From contig JAQGDQ010000001.1 of NCBI GenBank assembly GCA_030141605.1, positions 868,001 through 932,000 on the forward strand: a stretch of DNA of 64,000 bases. Direction: 5' to 3'. The DNA comes from Tubiluchus corallicola (taxonomy: Eukaryota; Animalia; Priapulida). Below, one piece after another: positions 25,201 through 36,702 of this stretch. Both the position numbers and the translations under genes were made by a program. A model generated the notes under the pieces. That model saw nothing but the letters and a program-made list of their open reading frames with translations. It did not search any database and had not been told where the DNA came from. The number at the start of each line of letters is the position of its first letter. Within the stretch, counting starts at the first letter, position 1.

Positions 25201-28200
25201 ATTTGACAAACCATAATCATTGCAGTCATTAACGTGGCACTGTTGAAAGTTGCGAATGTTGGAATGTAGTGGAACTAGATAACATTTTACTTGAACATAA
25301 ATATACCTACTTTAGCGCGGGTTCTAGATAAGAACTTATACGATGAAAAGTAAAAACGTGTGAAAAAATAAACAGGGTATCCATAAACACATTTTTAGGC
25401 TATTCTGAGAAGTTTTTAAGTTAGTGTTGCCCTGATATATGATGGAAAGTAAAAACATGTGAAAAAATAAACAGGGTATCCATAAACACATTTTTAGGCT
25501 ATTCTGAGAAGTTTTTAAGTTAGTGTTGCCCTGACGGACGACTCACATTTTTTTCTGCTACTATCCAGATGATGACAATGGTGAACAGTATAAGACTATA
25601 CAAAGTAAACTCTTAAAATTTACATGGCTACAGCATTGTTTGGCCCCATCCTTGCCATATACAAGTTTGAATAAACATAACATAACGCACCTCACGTCCT
25701 CGTGGATGTTACACCAAAATATAGTTGAATCTTCACAAAATACGCTTTTATTCTTCTAGAGTTGCTTGCGCTTTGAAGCATTTATTTTTAGGAAGAAATT
25801 GTGGGCCTGTTGCTTACGGCGAAGTCGTGAGCAATTTTATGGCGCGATGGACGTAACATGCATCATGTTGCTGAAGAATGGGTAGCAACCTATCATCATC
25901 ATATTGCTGAACAATGGGGAGCAACCTATCATCACGTTTCACGCGGTGCCATTATCCATCCTTCTAACTGGGTTGGTTGTTGTTGCATTTTTTCCTACCG
26001 CCTCCCCTTCAGCCTCCCACATACTGCCATATTGACATTATAACGTTTCTTGTTGTGATCAAATCTGATCTGTTTGAATTTTGTCAGGTACTGTCTATTC
26101 CTAGTTAATACTGTATATGTATGTATGTATTTCTTAATAATAGTGTTAGGTCATGCAGAGCAATGCCAATGAGGTAGTTCGGTTAATATCGTTCTGTACT
26201 TGTCGCAGTATAAAATGGATTATTGTTATGCATTATGAATTTCGCGAGTTATGTAAGTTGGATTAAAATGTTTGTGATTTGTAACGGATCCAGTCGGTAT
26301 TTCAACATGTAGTTGGTTGAATTTGTGCTATTCATTTTCTCTGTTATTTCATTATGTTGATACTCACCACTTTTATTATGATGGCTTTATGCTTATGATG
26401 GGATGCTTATCGTGCAATAAACCGATGTTAAGTGCTTCTGAAGATTAGTATTACTACTATAATTCTTAAATTAGTACCATAATCGTAAACATTTAACAAA
26501 ACATGAGTTCATCAAATTAGAATATTTACAGCATGTACATAGTTCTTCTAATTGCAGGTGAAATGGTTATGAGCTAATTAGAATAACAATGAATTTTAAC
26601 TTTTTAATTTGCAAATTTTTAAAGTCTTGACATTATGCAGTACGTCATACCTATATTATAGATTTAGTCGTTGTATTCTCATACTAAAACAGGCCTCAAT
26701 ATTTACTACAGATTTATATATGTGTGTGTGTGCGCGCGTGTGTACGTGCGTGCGCGCGCGTGTGTGTGTGTGTGTGTGTACAGATTTCAAGTAATACAAT
26801 TTTTACATTTATACATTTTGCAAAAAATGGCAATAATAAGTACGTGACACTGGCTTATATAATTTACGCGAAGTGCAGTGTGCAGTTACTTCATCATAAT
26901 TACAAAAATTCTTTCTATTAACTTTTACTTTGTTTTGTCGTTAATTCAAAATTTATGTTAATATATACTTGTTTTCATATTTTATACGTGTAAACATGAT
27001 TTTTCTGTCATCCAAGGCCATTCCCGATTTCCAAGACAAAGCGATGTGAATCGCTACTAGTTTTGTTAAAGGCCCGAAATGTTTTATCATTTTTTGAGTG
27101 AATGCCGTCATTATCGAGTATTATGCCTTCGGTTTTGACTTCTTTTATAGCTGCATGTAATTCTGCTGCCGTTTAGTTCTGGGTAGTCAGTAATATTCCA
27201 GTTTGTTTGTTGTAATACTCTTTCCACGTTTGCCAATTATCATCAAAATATATACCAGACTAGCCAAACCCCGCAAAAGAATTTCGCGCATAAACTCACA
27301 ACAACAACCCATACCACAGCGCCCACACCACACCACACAAACACCCACCACCCCACTCACGTAGCGCCACCCACACCACACCAACCCACCACTTCCTCTG
27401 TCCAAATTCACCAATCACTGTTTTTAATGCCATATATTCTATATTTTCTGTTAACTTTTGGCGGTGTGCCTTGTCCTTTAATTTGAGAGATTATAAGAAA
27501 ATGGTCCACTCCAGTGAATAGCTCGGTTTCACTATCCGTAGATTGCTTGATCTACCATGACATGCGAAAGCATAATCATGTTTACTGTGCTTTTCCCCGT
27601 GCGTGAACTAAAAGTTTCTGTGGAAGAAGCAGCATAATGTCGAAATCACTTAATATTAATTCGCTTAATATATACCCATAACTGTGTGTTACACTGTCCC
27701 ATAGAAAGCGCCTGGAATTTAAATCTCCGGCTGCTACTATTCCTGCCAGACGATGCTTTTGTACATAACTCATAGATAGCTTCTGTAAATTTCTTTGTCC
27801 ACTTTTTCATCTTTGGCGGAGAGTTTGGACCAATATAAACTGACGCAGTTTTGAACCAGTGCCCTCCTAACTGTATAAGCATCCTGACATCTTCTAGATC
27901 GTTATGATTAAAATCCTCTACCAAACAAGTGTGAAGAGATTTTTCGAAGTATATAGCTACATAATTTGGCTGTACACGTTTAGCATAAACTTTGTAGTTT
28001 TTCAGCTCGGGTGGCTTTTCCCCATTTTGTCTCTTGGACTGGTAACATATCAAAATTTTTGTTATTAACGTAGTTATCTAGAAACATTTTGGAAACGAAG
28101 TGATAGGCAGTTGATGTTTACTTGACATAATGTAAAATGCCTCTCACTCTGCGTCATCGTGATGACTTGAGCCAATTAACTTCTGTTATATCTTCCTGCA

Positions 28201-31200
28201 ATCCCTTCTAAAGAGATAAACGGCTATTTAATGGATGGTTCTATCCAATTGTCGGCTAAGAACTTGAAATTGCAATACCGTTAAGCTTGTTACTGGACAC
28301 ATATATGCGTATGGAACAGCTTTTAAGCATTCTTGGGAAGAGCTGTTGCTATTCTCACAGAATATCGTTACCCATAAGAAAATCAAGCTGGAGAATGGGA
28401 AATAAATTGACCTGACCCTGTAGCTTATATGCTAACAAATTTGAGTTAGATGTTGTTAAATTGGCAAACTGCCTTGTCAAATGAAGGGAAATAAAGTTAA
28501 ACGAAATCAAAGGATACCTAAAAAACCTAAAATCTTTGCTTCGTCCTTGCCAATTAAAACGAACTTTCTCTAAAAAACGATATTGGTACATATCTGTTAT
28601 TCGATTATCTTGCAGCGAATCATCAAGCCACGAGCTTGGTTTTTATACTGACTTGAAAGTTCGATTTTTAATTCAATAGTTTCAAGCAACGTCAAAAATT
28701 TTACTGCTATAATGAAGTAGTAGTATAATGAATGTACTGCGATTACTTTGTGATTTTTGTATAATGTTTTGTATTTTTGAGCAGCGTAAACTGCGTTTGT
28801 GTATATTATGGTAGGGTTATTTTTTGTCATTGTCATTCTAACAGTTCTTTATTTTGTGTATACAATCCTACCACGAATCTATTTGTAATGCATTAGTCTA
28901 TTGGTTTAAAAATAAAGTAATTACATACATAAAACAAAATACAACTGTGTCTGTAACATGAGCGAAGTGATACAATGATGTAATTCATTTCTTATTCTTT
29001 ACTTAATGCCTATATAGGCCTATTAATTTTTGTCATTACTAAACCGTAAAGCAGTTACAGAGTTGGCGAAGCTGGTTTGTCGTGGAGAAACCTTGTTCTA
29101 ATCACAAATGTGAGACACTATTGTGATTAGATTCTTGGACAAGGTTTCCTTACAACAAACCATTTTCATCAATATTAAGATCATGTTATGGGAACTTATA
29201 TGTCTGCTGTTTCGGAAAAGCTTTGTTCGCGTTAGTTGTACGTTTTATTTCTGTGAGCACTTGCGGTATTTGCGAAAAAATATAACAGTAGATTTTTACA
29301 CATTTAAAGAACATAAAGGGCAGATCTATCCTAGTTTACAGACACGTAATTTTTTTTTATTTCAGGATCATAAATCACAAACGATCATTAGTGCAATGTA
29401 CTAATGATCGAATAATCATTTCAAATGTTTGCGTTATTGGATTGTTACATCAAAATCTTGATGTTGTTCTTGTTGTTGAGGATGACATTTTTGAAAAAAA
29501 ACGACAAAAATTTGTAATGGATCGTCGTGGAAAATTCACACAAATATACTAGAATAAATTCCCTATTGACTGATGGAGTGGGATTTTCGATAGTAACAAT
29601 GACGCCATTTTATAGAAAAAAGCCTAAGAATCTGCCAGTTCGCAAAAGAATTTCTTGAAATTTTGCAGAAATATACTAGAACAATTTCCGCGTCGACTAA
29701 CTGAGTCGGGTTTTTGTCTGGCTCAACAACAAAAGTGGTGAGTATAAATCCACCCAATGAAATAACAAAGAAAACGAATAGTACAAATTCAACCAACGAT
29801 ATGTTGCGAAACCGACTGGATCCGTTACAAATCACAAACACTACAATTCTGTCTCGCTCGCTTTCAATTCAAGATGGCAGCAAGAACGACATTTTCCGTA
29901 AAAACGTAAGGCTCCACCTGCTGGCAACGGATCATCAATCAACTTTACAGGAATACGCAAGGAGGGATTTTGCATCGATTAACGGAGTTGGTTTTTAAAT
30001 ATATTCGAAAAAAGCCTAAGATGCCGCCAGTTCGCAATGATTTTCATGAAACTTTGTACGAATGTGCTAGAACGAACCCTACATCGATTGACGGGGATCT
30101 GTGCTTTGATCCGTCTTCTTGGATTCAAAGTGGACGCGAAAATATTATTTTCGATAAAAGCCTATGGTTGCGTCAATTCGCAGCGGATCAACAAGAAACT
30201 TTACAGAAATACATTACAACGAATTTTGCATCGATTGATTGAGTCAGATTTTCAATTCGTCGTTTTAAATTTTAGATGGCCACATTGACGTCCTTTCTAA
30301 TCCACGATCTTGAGTTTTGCGAGTTCCTGGACCAATAGTTCGAGTCGAATTTGTTGAAACCAGAACTGATGTCAGGGCCATGATTCGGCCTTACACAAAT
30401 GATGTGGCGCTATTACTAACAAAAGTAAAATTTAAATAAAAGTTGACTATATGGGGTACGATTCGAATAGAAGGAAAAACAACATTTTAGTATAATGTTG
30501 ATTGACAATCATAACTGTTTACTAGAAATATCGCTATTATTCACGTTGAATGATTATTAAGAGATGCTACGCAGAAAATCGAAAAAATAAAACTTACTTC
30601 TGACCCGCTTTTTCATTTCTCTTAGAATATCTTTATGTCGATGTCTTTCTATATCAGTAATTTGTTCGTGTCCAGGCTCGAAGCTATGATAAAATCCAAT
30701 GTCCTTTCCATTATTTTCCAATTCCACCTTGATCGTTTCCGCTGTAATCTGCCAGTGCACTTCAGTGGATACAATGAAACCCACTCTCTGCCAACTCCAG
30801 TGATCCAAGACGGCTACAATCATTGGCGACACCATGCTAAAAGGTCCAACAGTTCTTGCTAAAGTAGGGTAGTCGTCTTTGTTGCTAAGATGATCGGACG
30901 TGCAGCCCCAAGAGACCATGGGCAAGTTCCAATACCCTGCTAACAAACCGCCAGGTTCGCAGACTTCATCACACCCGGGACCAATGAAGGCGTGGATGCG
31001 ATTTTCACCAGTTCTTGTCCAAAAGTTCACAATTTCTGCTAACCCGTCCGTTTTATGGCAAACAGTATCGCTCCATGTGAAGCGAATGATATGATCTGGA
31101 ATGATAGAAGCATTTGCGTTGATTTCTTCTACCGCAATGGTTGCTGCGCTAGCTATTGTTTTACCCAGTGGGCGACCTCCCGTCCAAGGCACAAGCAACG

Positions 31201-31273
31201 CCAAATTTATGAACTTTTCACCAACGGCTTCGTGCGGTGTAAGAAACGCAACTAACAAAAATAATGCGTACAT
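60..31273 (-). CDS. Receptor-type (membrane) guanylyl cyclase, natriuretic peptide receptor-like; 3' part lies beyond the left edge of the window
   Basis: 12 in-frame exons with phase-compatible splice sites: 31273-30598, 13441-13331, 13049-12859, 8835-8685, 6738-6596, 6231-6147, 4831-4753, 4625-4538, 4093-3971, 3296-3219, 2356-2255, 131-60 (633 codons). Signal peptide [18 protein letters not shown]; ANF-receptor ligand-binding domain ([44 protein letters not shown]); juxtamembrane [15 protein letters not shown]; [27 protein letters not shown]; kinase-homology domain ([42 protein letters not shown]). The cyclase domain itself is not in the window. Confidence 0.9.
4973..5829. mobile_element. 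Foldback-like element with inverted arms built of 16-17 bp tandem repeats
   Basis: Left arm ~5005-5262 repeats GGACATTTGGACACATA; right arm ~5505-5822 repeats its reverse complement (TATGTGTCCAAATGTCC); loosely complementary termini GGTGCCAGGCGTTTTCG and CGAAATGTCTGCAGACC. Lies in an intron of the cyclase gene. Confidence 0.65.
7151..7380 (+). repeat. 15-16 bp minisatellite (GGATATTTGGGCCCC-like), probable single arm of a related foldback element
   Basis: About 14 degenerate units starting GGTCCCAGACGTTTGGG, the same kind of terminus as at 4973. Confidence 0.65.
9690..10330 (+). mobile_element. Decayed non-LTR (CR1/L2-like) reverse transcriptase fragment
   Basis: Translatable pieces FDFSKRFDT-like, [18 protein letters not shown] and ARFYADDCV, with stops and frameshifts. 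Confidence 0.7.
11117..11330 (+). repeat. Dispersed repeat copy 1 (non-autonomous TE-like), second copy at 38645-38840
   Basis: GACCGGACCCAATCTTAAACTG...AGTTCTTCGCTGTTACATGCA aligns with AACCGGACCCAATGTTAAACTG...AGTTCTTCGCTGTTACATGCA at 38645-38840 with many substitutions. Confidence 0.7.
13121..13218. repeat. (GA)n microsatellite
   Basis: Direct read; lies in intron 2 of the cyclase gene. Confidence 0.97.
13975..15080 (-). mobile_element. Decayed CR1-like LINE (RT region and 3' end)
   Basis: Minus strand gives [26 protein letters not shown] and [17 protein letters not shown], typical CR1 ORF2 motifs, broken by stops. Confidence 0.65.
18033..18049 (+). promoter_or_regulatory. CTCF-consensus-like site
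   Basis: TGCCACTAGATGGCAGT matches the CCACYAGRKGGCRS core; binding not shown. Confidence 0.3.
18304..19461 (+). repeat. 5' LTR (lacks its last 20 bp)
   Basis: Matches 23814-24970 with about four differences seen by eye; identity stops after GAGTACGTAA. Confidence 0.93.
19469..23401 (+). CDS. Truncated Gag-Pol polyprotein: SCAN-like capsid remnant, CCHC knuckle, protease, integrase, RT, RNase H
   Basis: ORF 19442..23401, first ATG 19469. [27 protein letters not shown] (SCAN-like); [14 protein letters not shown]; LRDTGS; integrase H..H..CPIC, IDLIGP, SDQGTQF, GLCERFN, WKGPY; [20 protein letters not shown]; RNase H TDAS, EKELLAI, ADALSR. Confidence 0.95.
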   Translation: MQWLKAANAESKEQIGDFFFLEQALSKLPEDMVSYLRRLPHMSYLQIAEQADNYWSSFNDAAVLQKNESSKRTRGNAKNNDSDHESQGNARPKCYHCGKTGHVKLDCPVKKQESTQAFQNDSNKKQKPRGDFKKQCYSENESEGTITPNFTLSNTQDGALQENHEFEVMINSRIAVGLRDTGSDDSLIRPEFVKNEQYLGETVGIRCCHGDLRRIPLARVPVCSHKLNGWLLVAVIKGLPCDFCLGNNYLTSIQPFDYVKSTSQPAQVAPEKHHMNVNSMDETCHVPSFVKFGKDVQKPSSNALTDYKGRALNNSFQRNQKEKSLVMTRAQTVELKKQLSKETGSEKSKTEFSSEIKQYASPEENYMFAIVSRHQLIEEQQNDVTIKNLFDHVVSEDTAVQDGKGYFLKQGILYRANKRKMGKTVDQLLVVPQCRRQQVLQLAHDSKAGAHLGVKKTRDRILFEYTWPGIHTVIKKYIQSCPICQKTARVMKGDRAKLKPLPVVEKAFQSLQIDLIGPLARTKSGNKWALVIVDQGTRYPDAFPIKNTESETIAKCLLQFISRHGCPESIQSDQGTQFCSNLIRQLEQAFHIKGITSTPYNPQSQGLCERFNGSLKRSIKKLTLSDKTMEWDDLIPFVLFAYREVPQESLRYSPFELVYGHQVTGPMALLRKRWGCDQPTSPQDIDDYVANIIDKLETVTQEAHEALRKAKIGQKDWYDQKARYRNLEVGQKVLVLLPTSRKKMERTWKGPYEIADKISEHVYSVIIGGKSRQVKQFHINLLKAWIPREERKALYTQTIPTLDVFTGQDELELDPEHESVSPMQRSQMEDHCFAPTSITPAQTVEDVVIPDYLTDKQKNELRTTLEKFTPTFSDIPGRTNVVEHKIQLTTDNPVVQKPYRIPQAQKESVRQEIMDMERLGVIVKSDSPFSSPAVIVIKRDQSIRFCIDFRKINSITVFDPYPIPRMDETVDQLHGAMFITCLDMTKYYWQVNLEENSRPITAFVTEFGKHEFQVMPFGLCNSAATAQCLVDRVLEPVIGFASGYIDDVIIFSRSWQDHLYHIELVLTCLSNAGLTIKPLKCNFALQETHFLGYVVGRNLLKPQPEKILAIQNYKRPETKKQVRSFLGFVGFYRRFIPNFSAIATPLHTLTEKDKPNIVLWNAECEQSFTTLKDALNSNTVLHAPDFDKTFFLTTDASATGIGGQLTQMSDDRQEVPITYLSRKLTKYECNYSTVEKELLAIIFSIEKSSYYLVGRQFVIRTDAQSLAYLKQMKNANRRIARWNLLLQEYTFTVVHIKGKTNYCADALSRH
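23814..24990 (+). repeat. 3' LTR (complete, 1177 bp)
   Basis: TGTGACA...GGCGTCACA, preceded by the PPT and followed by the TSD. Confidence 0.95.
25342..25534. repeat. Tandem duplication, 99-bp period
   Basis: 25342-25435 and 25441-25534 are nearly identical. Confidence 0.9.
26720..26779. repeat. (GT/GC)n microsatellite
   Basis: Direct read. Confidence 0.85.
27480..28110 (-). mobile_element. Decayed LINE APE-endonuclease fragment
   Basis: ORFs 27646..28053 and 27582..27773 give [20 protein letters not shown] and a downstream DHF motif. Confidence 0.6.
29488..30255 (+). repeat. Degenerate ~105-150 bp tandem repeat, about five copies (satellite-like TE remnant)
   Basis: Recurring AAAAAGCCTAAG..GCCAGTTCGCA..GAAACTTT.CAGAAATA..CTAGAAC..TGCATCGATTGA near 29490, 29610, 29890, 30000 and 30150. 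Confidence 0.7.
30598..31273 (-). CDS. Exon 1 of the receptor guanylyl cyclase (signal peptide plus N-terminal ANF-receptor domain)
   Basis: ORF 30557..31273; ATG in aaaaATG context; donor A|gtaagt at 30597; the ORF tail [13 protein letters not shown] is intron read-through. Confidence 0.9.
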
Positions 31274-33059
31274 TTTTTAAAGGCTATTTCCTTACCACTA
31301 GTTATATTCTTTCCCTGCATTGTGCGCATAATTCCGGTACAATGAGATACTTAATGTCTGCCCTGACTTCTTTAGTTTCTAGTTTCACATTATGCGAGAG
31401 CTTATGATACGTGCACCTTATTGTGTTTTTAATTGCCGTTTGCTACAGCGACAGATAAAGCGAAAGAGTAATTTACAAGCAGAGTAAATAGAAATTTATT
31501 ATGGTTCACCGCATTTATTTGCGCACTGCACAGGTCTAGTGTCACAATAAATGACTATGCACCTAATAATCTGCGCTGCAAGGTGTGCACTGAGAAGTAG
31601 AGTAAGCCTTGGTCTCAAGCAAGCTGCGCACATCTCTGTATTCTCAAGCAGGGAAGAAAACGTAATACGATCATATTAGATTTGCTACTAAAGTTCTAAA
31701 TAGGCAAGAAAAGCTTACGTAGGTTTTTGTAGTATAGATATGTACAGGTCTTCTATTCCTAAGTGCCTGAAAATATGAGTAGCCTACTTACCATTTTAAG
31801 TGAGATGGGAAGAATTTGTTGTTAGGTTGTCAAGCCTAGCAAAGGGTTATTGGCTTTACTTAAGGAGGACACCTCTGTAAAATTGATAAAAAGCAATGAC
31901 AACTTTCATTCACGCAGATAAATCACGCAGATAACTTTCCATATTATGCCAACAATTCCCATATTATGGTCAAGGCAGGTATGCCTGCAAGCTAAAACAA
32001 ATCTAAATGCACATAAACAAAGTGCGCGTAAGGCATTTTAGTCACAATTCAGGTAGAGTACGTGGGACCAACAGCTACTTACACACAAGCTAAGTTCATT
32101 CGAGGATATAGGAGCAATTTAAAGTCGATTTAGATCGATCATTACTTAAGATTAACTTAATTTAATAGCGCAAAAGTTACATTTTTATTACAAACCAAGA
32201 CTAAACATCATAAGTAGTAAGAATTGTGAAACACGTGTTGTCGAAATATGTCCACAAAGTTTTGAATTTACTAGAGCTGATTAATTATTCATAATCTCAA
32301 ACAAAGTTGTACGAAGGAAAAGAAATGAGACAAAAAATTAGAACAAAGTTTGGATATGAGGCGGATACCTTTCGCTTACCTTTTTCACGGTTCGTTCACG
32401 GTAGTGATCTTGTATTTTGACTTTGTATTTCTCACATGCGGTCTATTGTAACATTCCACACACACACTCATTAATGGACGATATTAACTGTAACTATGAA
32501 GCCTACTGAAAGTTATAACCCATGGAAATTTGGAACAGTAGAATAGAATAATGTGAACCTCGTGCATATTGCAATAAATGTACTATTTTGGTGGATGTGG
32601 TGGTCCATTATATGAAACTCTGAACCTCAATGACAAAATTGTTATTTTGACGTAAAAAACACATGATCTGATAATTAATTTGCGTTGCACTAATACAATA
32701 TCATTTACGAATTGCTACACCTCGAGATATCCATTAAATGTGAAAACGAACAGCTGCCGTACACCGATTGGTTAAATGCGTGAACGCCTGGGAGAACTAA
32801 AGACTAATTTCAATTTTCAATTTTAATTTCAATTTTATTTATTTTTCAGACATAAAAGTCTCCACAAGTTAGTTGTACACACTAAAAAACAAAAGTACAC
32901 GAGGGTTAGTAAATAAAAATAATCAAGAAATAAAAAAAATATGTATGTAGATGCAGCATAACACATAGATCTAAGTATTAAGGTAAGTCTGCTGAGAATT
33001 CCTATACATATAATTATGTACATATAATAAGGAATTATAAAGCATATAATAAGTCTTTC

Positions 33060-33800
33060 CATCTAGTTTGAAGTTTGGAGGTGCGATATACGTCGGACAG
33101 CTTAAAGCTTCTCAGATAAGTGTTATTACATATTTCTAGGCGCGATTTTAAAGAGAATGAACTTTCCTTAGCAACTCATCAAAGTAAGGGATTGGTTGTT
33201 GTCGTTTCCCTTACACTGTAGTACAAAAGGTAGAAAAAACAATTTCCTTATACATTTGTTATATGTGACTTTGAATTTATTGAGAGCATATGCAAAGAAC
33301 TTTCTCCACAGAGCTGCCCCATGGACACATACTACCATTAGGGATATTGTTCATACTGCAAGGTTTAATAGTCAGCAATTTGGTTTTGTCAGAGTTAATG
33401 AAAATATCATAGTCGGAGGCAAAAGTCTGATAAATATCAATTAGACTTTGCATAGAACTAATTGTACTAGTCATTAGACAGACAGACAGACATCAGCATA
33501 CATAAGATGATTAAGAATATACCATTTATTCTACAGCCAATTGTACATTGTGCATTGTTCAGAGCTACAATAAGATCTTTAAAATAATAGTTTAAGAACC
33601 ATGATGATAAAATCCCGTCCTGTCGGATAATATTATGGACAGAAAAATTTGCAGACAAATGGTTACCTTAGTAGCAGTTACGCATTCACTGATTACAATA
33701 AAAGTAAATTAAGAATTTCAGGTCCTCCCTATCTAAAGAGTTAAATAGGTTCTTATAGTGCTCCTTCTAGAACTCACGAATTTTTTTAGGCCCACTAACA
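33060..33800 (-). mobile_element. Decayed LINE reverse transcriptase fragment
   Basis: IIRQDGILSSWFLNYY, IGCRING, YAD-like site and YDIFINSDKTKLL on the minus strand. Confidence 0.6.
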
Positions 33801-36495
33801 TTCTCAATATTGTTAGAAAGAGGCACTTTAGGCATTAACTTCACGATGCACAGCCTTGCAAAAATGTAACTATCATTCTGCGGAAACCTATACCCAAGCT
33901 TGTCAGCCTTAATGGCTTTTGCCGACGTTTGCACTCGCACAGTGCGTGTTTAAAACGAGCTTAACTGTATCTCATATTCTCTGCAATTGACCCATGTCTG
34001 GGTTTACCTTGACTGACACAGAGAGAAAAGAACAGTTTTGCCTCATCGTGTTTGGTTTAATTAAGCCATGCACCAAGGCACCGCTTTCGGGGCAGCAGAG
34101 AGATTGCCACAGAGAAGCCGCTCACGAGTTGACAAAGTTGGCTGCACTGCACAGTATTGTATACAAATCATTGTACACAGAAAATAGCTGATTTCTTTGT
34201 AAGGTATTCTGACAGTTTATACCTCGACAGTAAATTACTTCCTTAGTATACATATTAGTACATATTAGCAGCTGCATTATGCAGCATGTGTTCAGTAATG
34301 CAAAAACAGTTATTGAGCTGGTCTTTTTCAGCAAAATCCCAACAAACTTTATGCTTAGTATGACGCTGAATATTAGTAACCGAGGTATTACCAGTCAGCT
34401 AAATTACTATTCATAACAGTATCAATATCTAGAGTAATTAACATTCGCATATGATCATCAAAACATAAATCAGTGATTATTTTACATGAGTTGGCTAGAT
34501 TACTCATAGCATTGGTACACAAACAATGGTCAAGTAATGAGCTGGTTGAATGAGCTGAACTGACGTAAGTAAAAGATCTGGGGGGGGGAGTCGTTCCATA
34601 TCACTGAGAAAATAAAATAATAAGAGCACATATCAATTAGAGCCGCACCAAAGCTGCGGTTTGAGTCCGCATGAAATCACCCATTATCATGACGTAATTG
34701 ATAATGGGCAGTTTTCTATTACAGAAGCAATAAGGACTAAAGAGCACTTTAAGAAAGCACTTTAAACACTTTAAAGACTAAAAAACAAAATAAGAAGCAC
34801 TAAAACTTAGGTGCTATTCATATACATGTCCGGAGGCATACCCAAAGAGTGGTACTTGAATTCGTTGTAGCGATGGACTTACATTGCTACTTGCCTGCCT
34901 TACAAGAGTCACAACTAGGCTTGTCGTACTTCTATAGTGGTGTGAGAGTCGTTATAGGCTTGTACCTGAATGAAGTGAATCTACGCCTAAATGTTGCTTA
35001 AAATTAGGATACACAGTGTACACACTACCCTATAATGCATTTCCCTTTCATTAGCACTAATAACGTGCGAGTAATCAAATAACAGGTAAGCGCTTGTTTG
35101 TATTCTTTTTCGTTTATCCGGCTTACTTGTTTATTATTGTGATGCTTGCCTTTAACAAGAAATAATAACGAAACATACGTCATTAGTTTTGTTTTGTTTG
35201 TATATCTTAACAATTTTGGTTCGGCTCCATTCACTTTTTATTGTTTTTGCTCATTATTTTCTTCGTGTTTTAGTTAAAACAAGGTGGGCCTATGTGGATT
35301 TTCAACTGTTTACAACAGTTCTCTATTTTCGTTTACTAAACGAAATAACTGCATTATACGTGTTTAGTATATATCATCGATTCTAAAGCTCTGAATGCAG
35401 GTAATATTGAGATATACACTTTAATGATCTGACTGCTTTGACGTACTAACTAAATAAACACGAGCGGTATCTATTGCTGCATATATGAGTTTCAGCCATC
35501 ATATTTCTGACTTGTTTGAATCACTGAGTGAAAGCAACTAAGTTAAGACATTTTAGTCATCTAAATTGTCATCTAAAGCCTTGGGGATAGATAGCCTTTT
35601 GGCTGCTCATATATGGATTCATTTTGTACAGCAATGTCGCACCTAAAATGCAACATGGGAGAGGCAAGAAGCTTACCGAAGTTAAGAATAGCTGGGCTTG
35701 GTTATTGCTGGCGACTGCCAGGAAAATCGCTACTGGGTTTTAAGATCTGCAATATCGCCTCCAACTGTTTATCTAGAAGAGGGAACATTTCTGTATTGAA
35801 CGTGATTACCCCCTTGTCAGTTCTCTGTTTCATCTCAGAAGATTACCTTTAGCTAGATTCTGGTCCTGCCACAACCACCAACATATTGAGCATCGGATTA
35901 AGGCTTACATTGTGCCAAACCACACTATCCTGCGACATTAAGCAGAAAATTATGCTCATGTATCTAATTTGTGTTGAATTCCTTTAGCAAACAAAGAAGT
36001 AGAGAGTTGTCGTGTTCTTTTTATGTGTTCGGTCACCCATACAATATTATCGAAAGTCAGTTGCTACATTAAGCCTCTTGTATCACTAGTTCTATGGAAA
36101 ATGTTCTCAGAATCTCTCGCCCTCGTCTCTAAACGGATTGGTTATAATACTCGTTTTTCTGCTGCTTCAAAAACTCTTGGTGGACATTACAATATATAGA
36201 GCAGCTGCTGGTAAATCTAGTTTTTCCTCAAGCATTTTAGCCGTGAAAATCTCTACCAGGAACCGTTTCCCTGAATACTACAATCTCACTAATTCAAAAA
36301 GAACATCAACAGATACCATTAGCAAACTAGTTACATGAATTATATGAATTCCATATCCCTGATTGTGTATTCACATCTTCATTTATTTATACATTCATAA
36401 CTGCCATGAGTGGCCAAAAGCCTTGTTTGGGGTGATTTGACAAAAGACATAATATAGCAACATTAAGAACAACATAAGATTTACATTACGATAAT

Positions 36496-36702
36496 AACAA
36501 ATGATCCTTTTTTCCAATTATGAGTGTCACAGAGCGGGAGGGAAAAAGACAATAGCGTGGATACTGTGTCATTTCATAACATTTACATTATTGCGTCGAG
36601 TGTCTCACAGCTACGAGTACAACAAAGAATCCTTTTTTCCAATTATGAATGTTCCAGAGCGGGAGAGAAAAAGACAATAGCGTGGGTGCTGTGTCATTTC
36701 AT
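36496..36702. repeat. Direct duplication of ~80 bp at ~125 bp spacing
   Basis: ATCCTTTTTTCCAATTATGA.TGT..CAGAGCGGGAG.GAAAAAGACAATAGCGTGG occurs twice. Confidence 0.8.
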
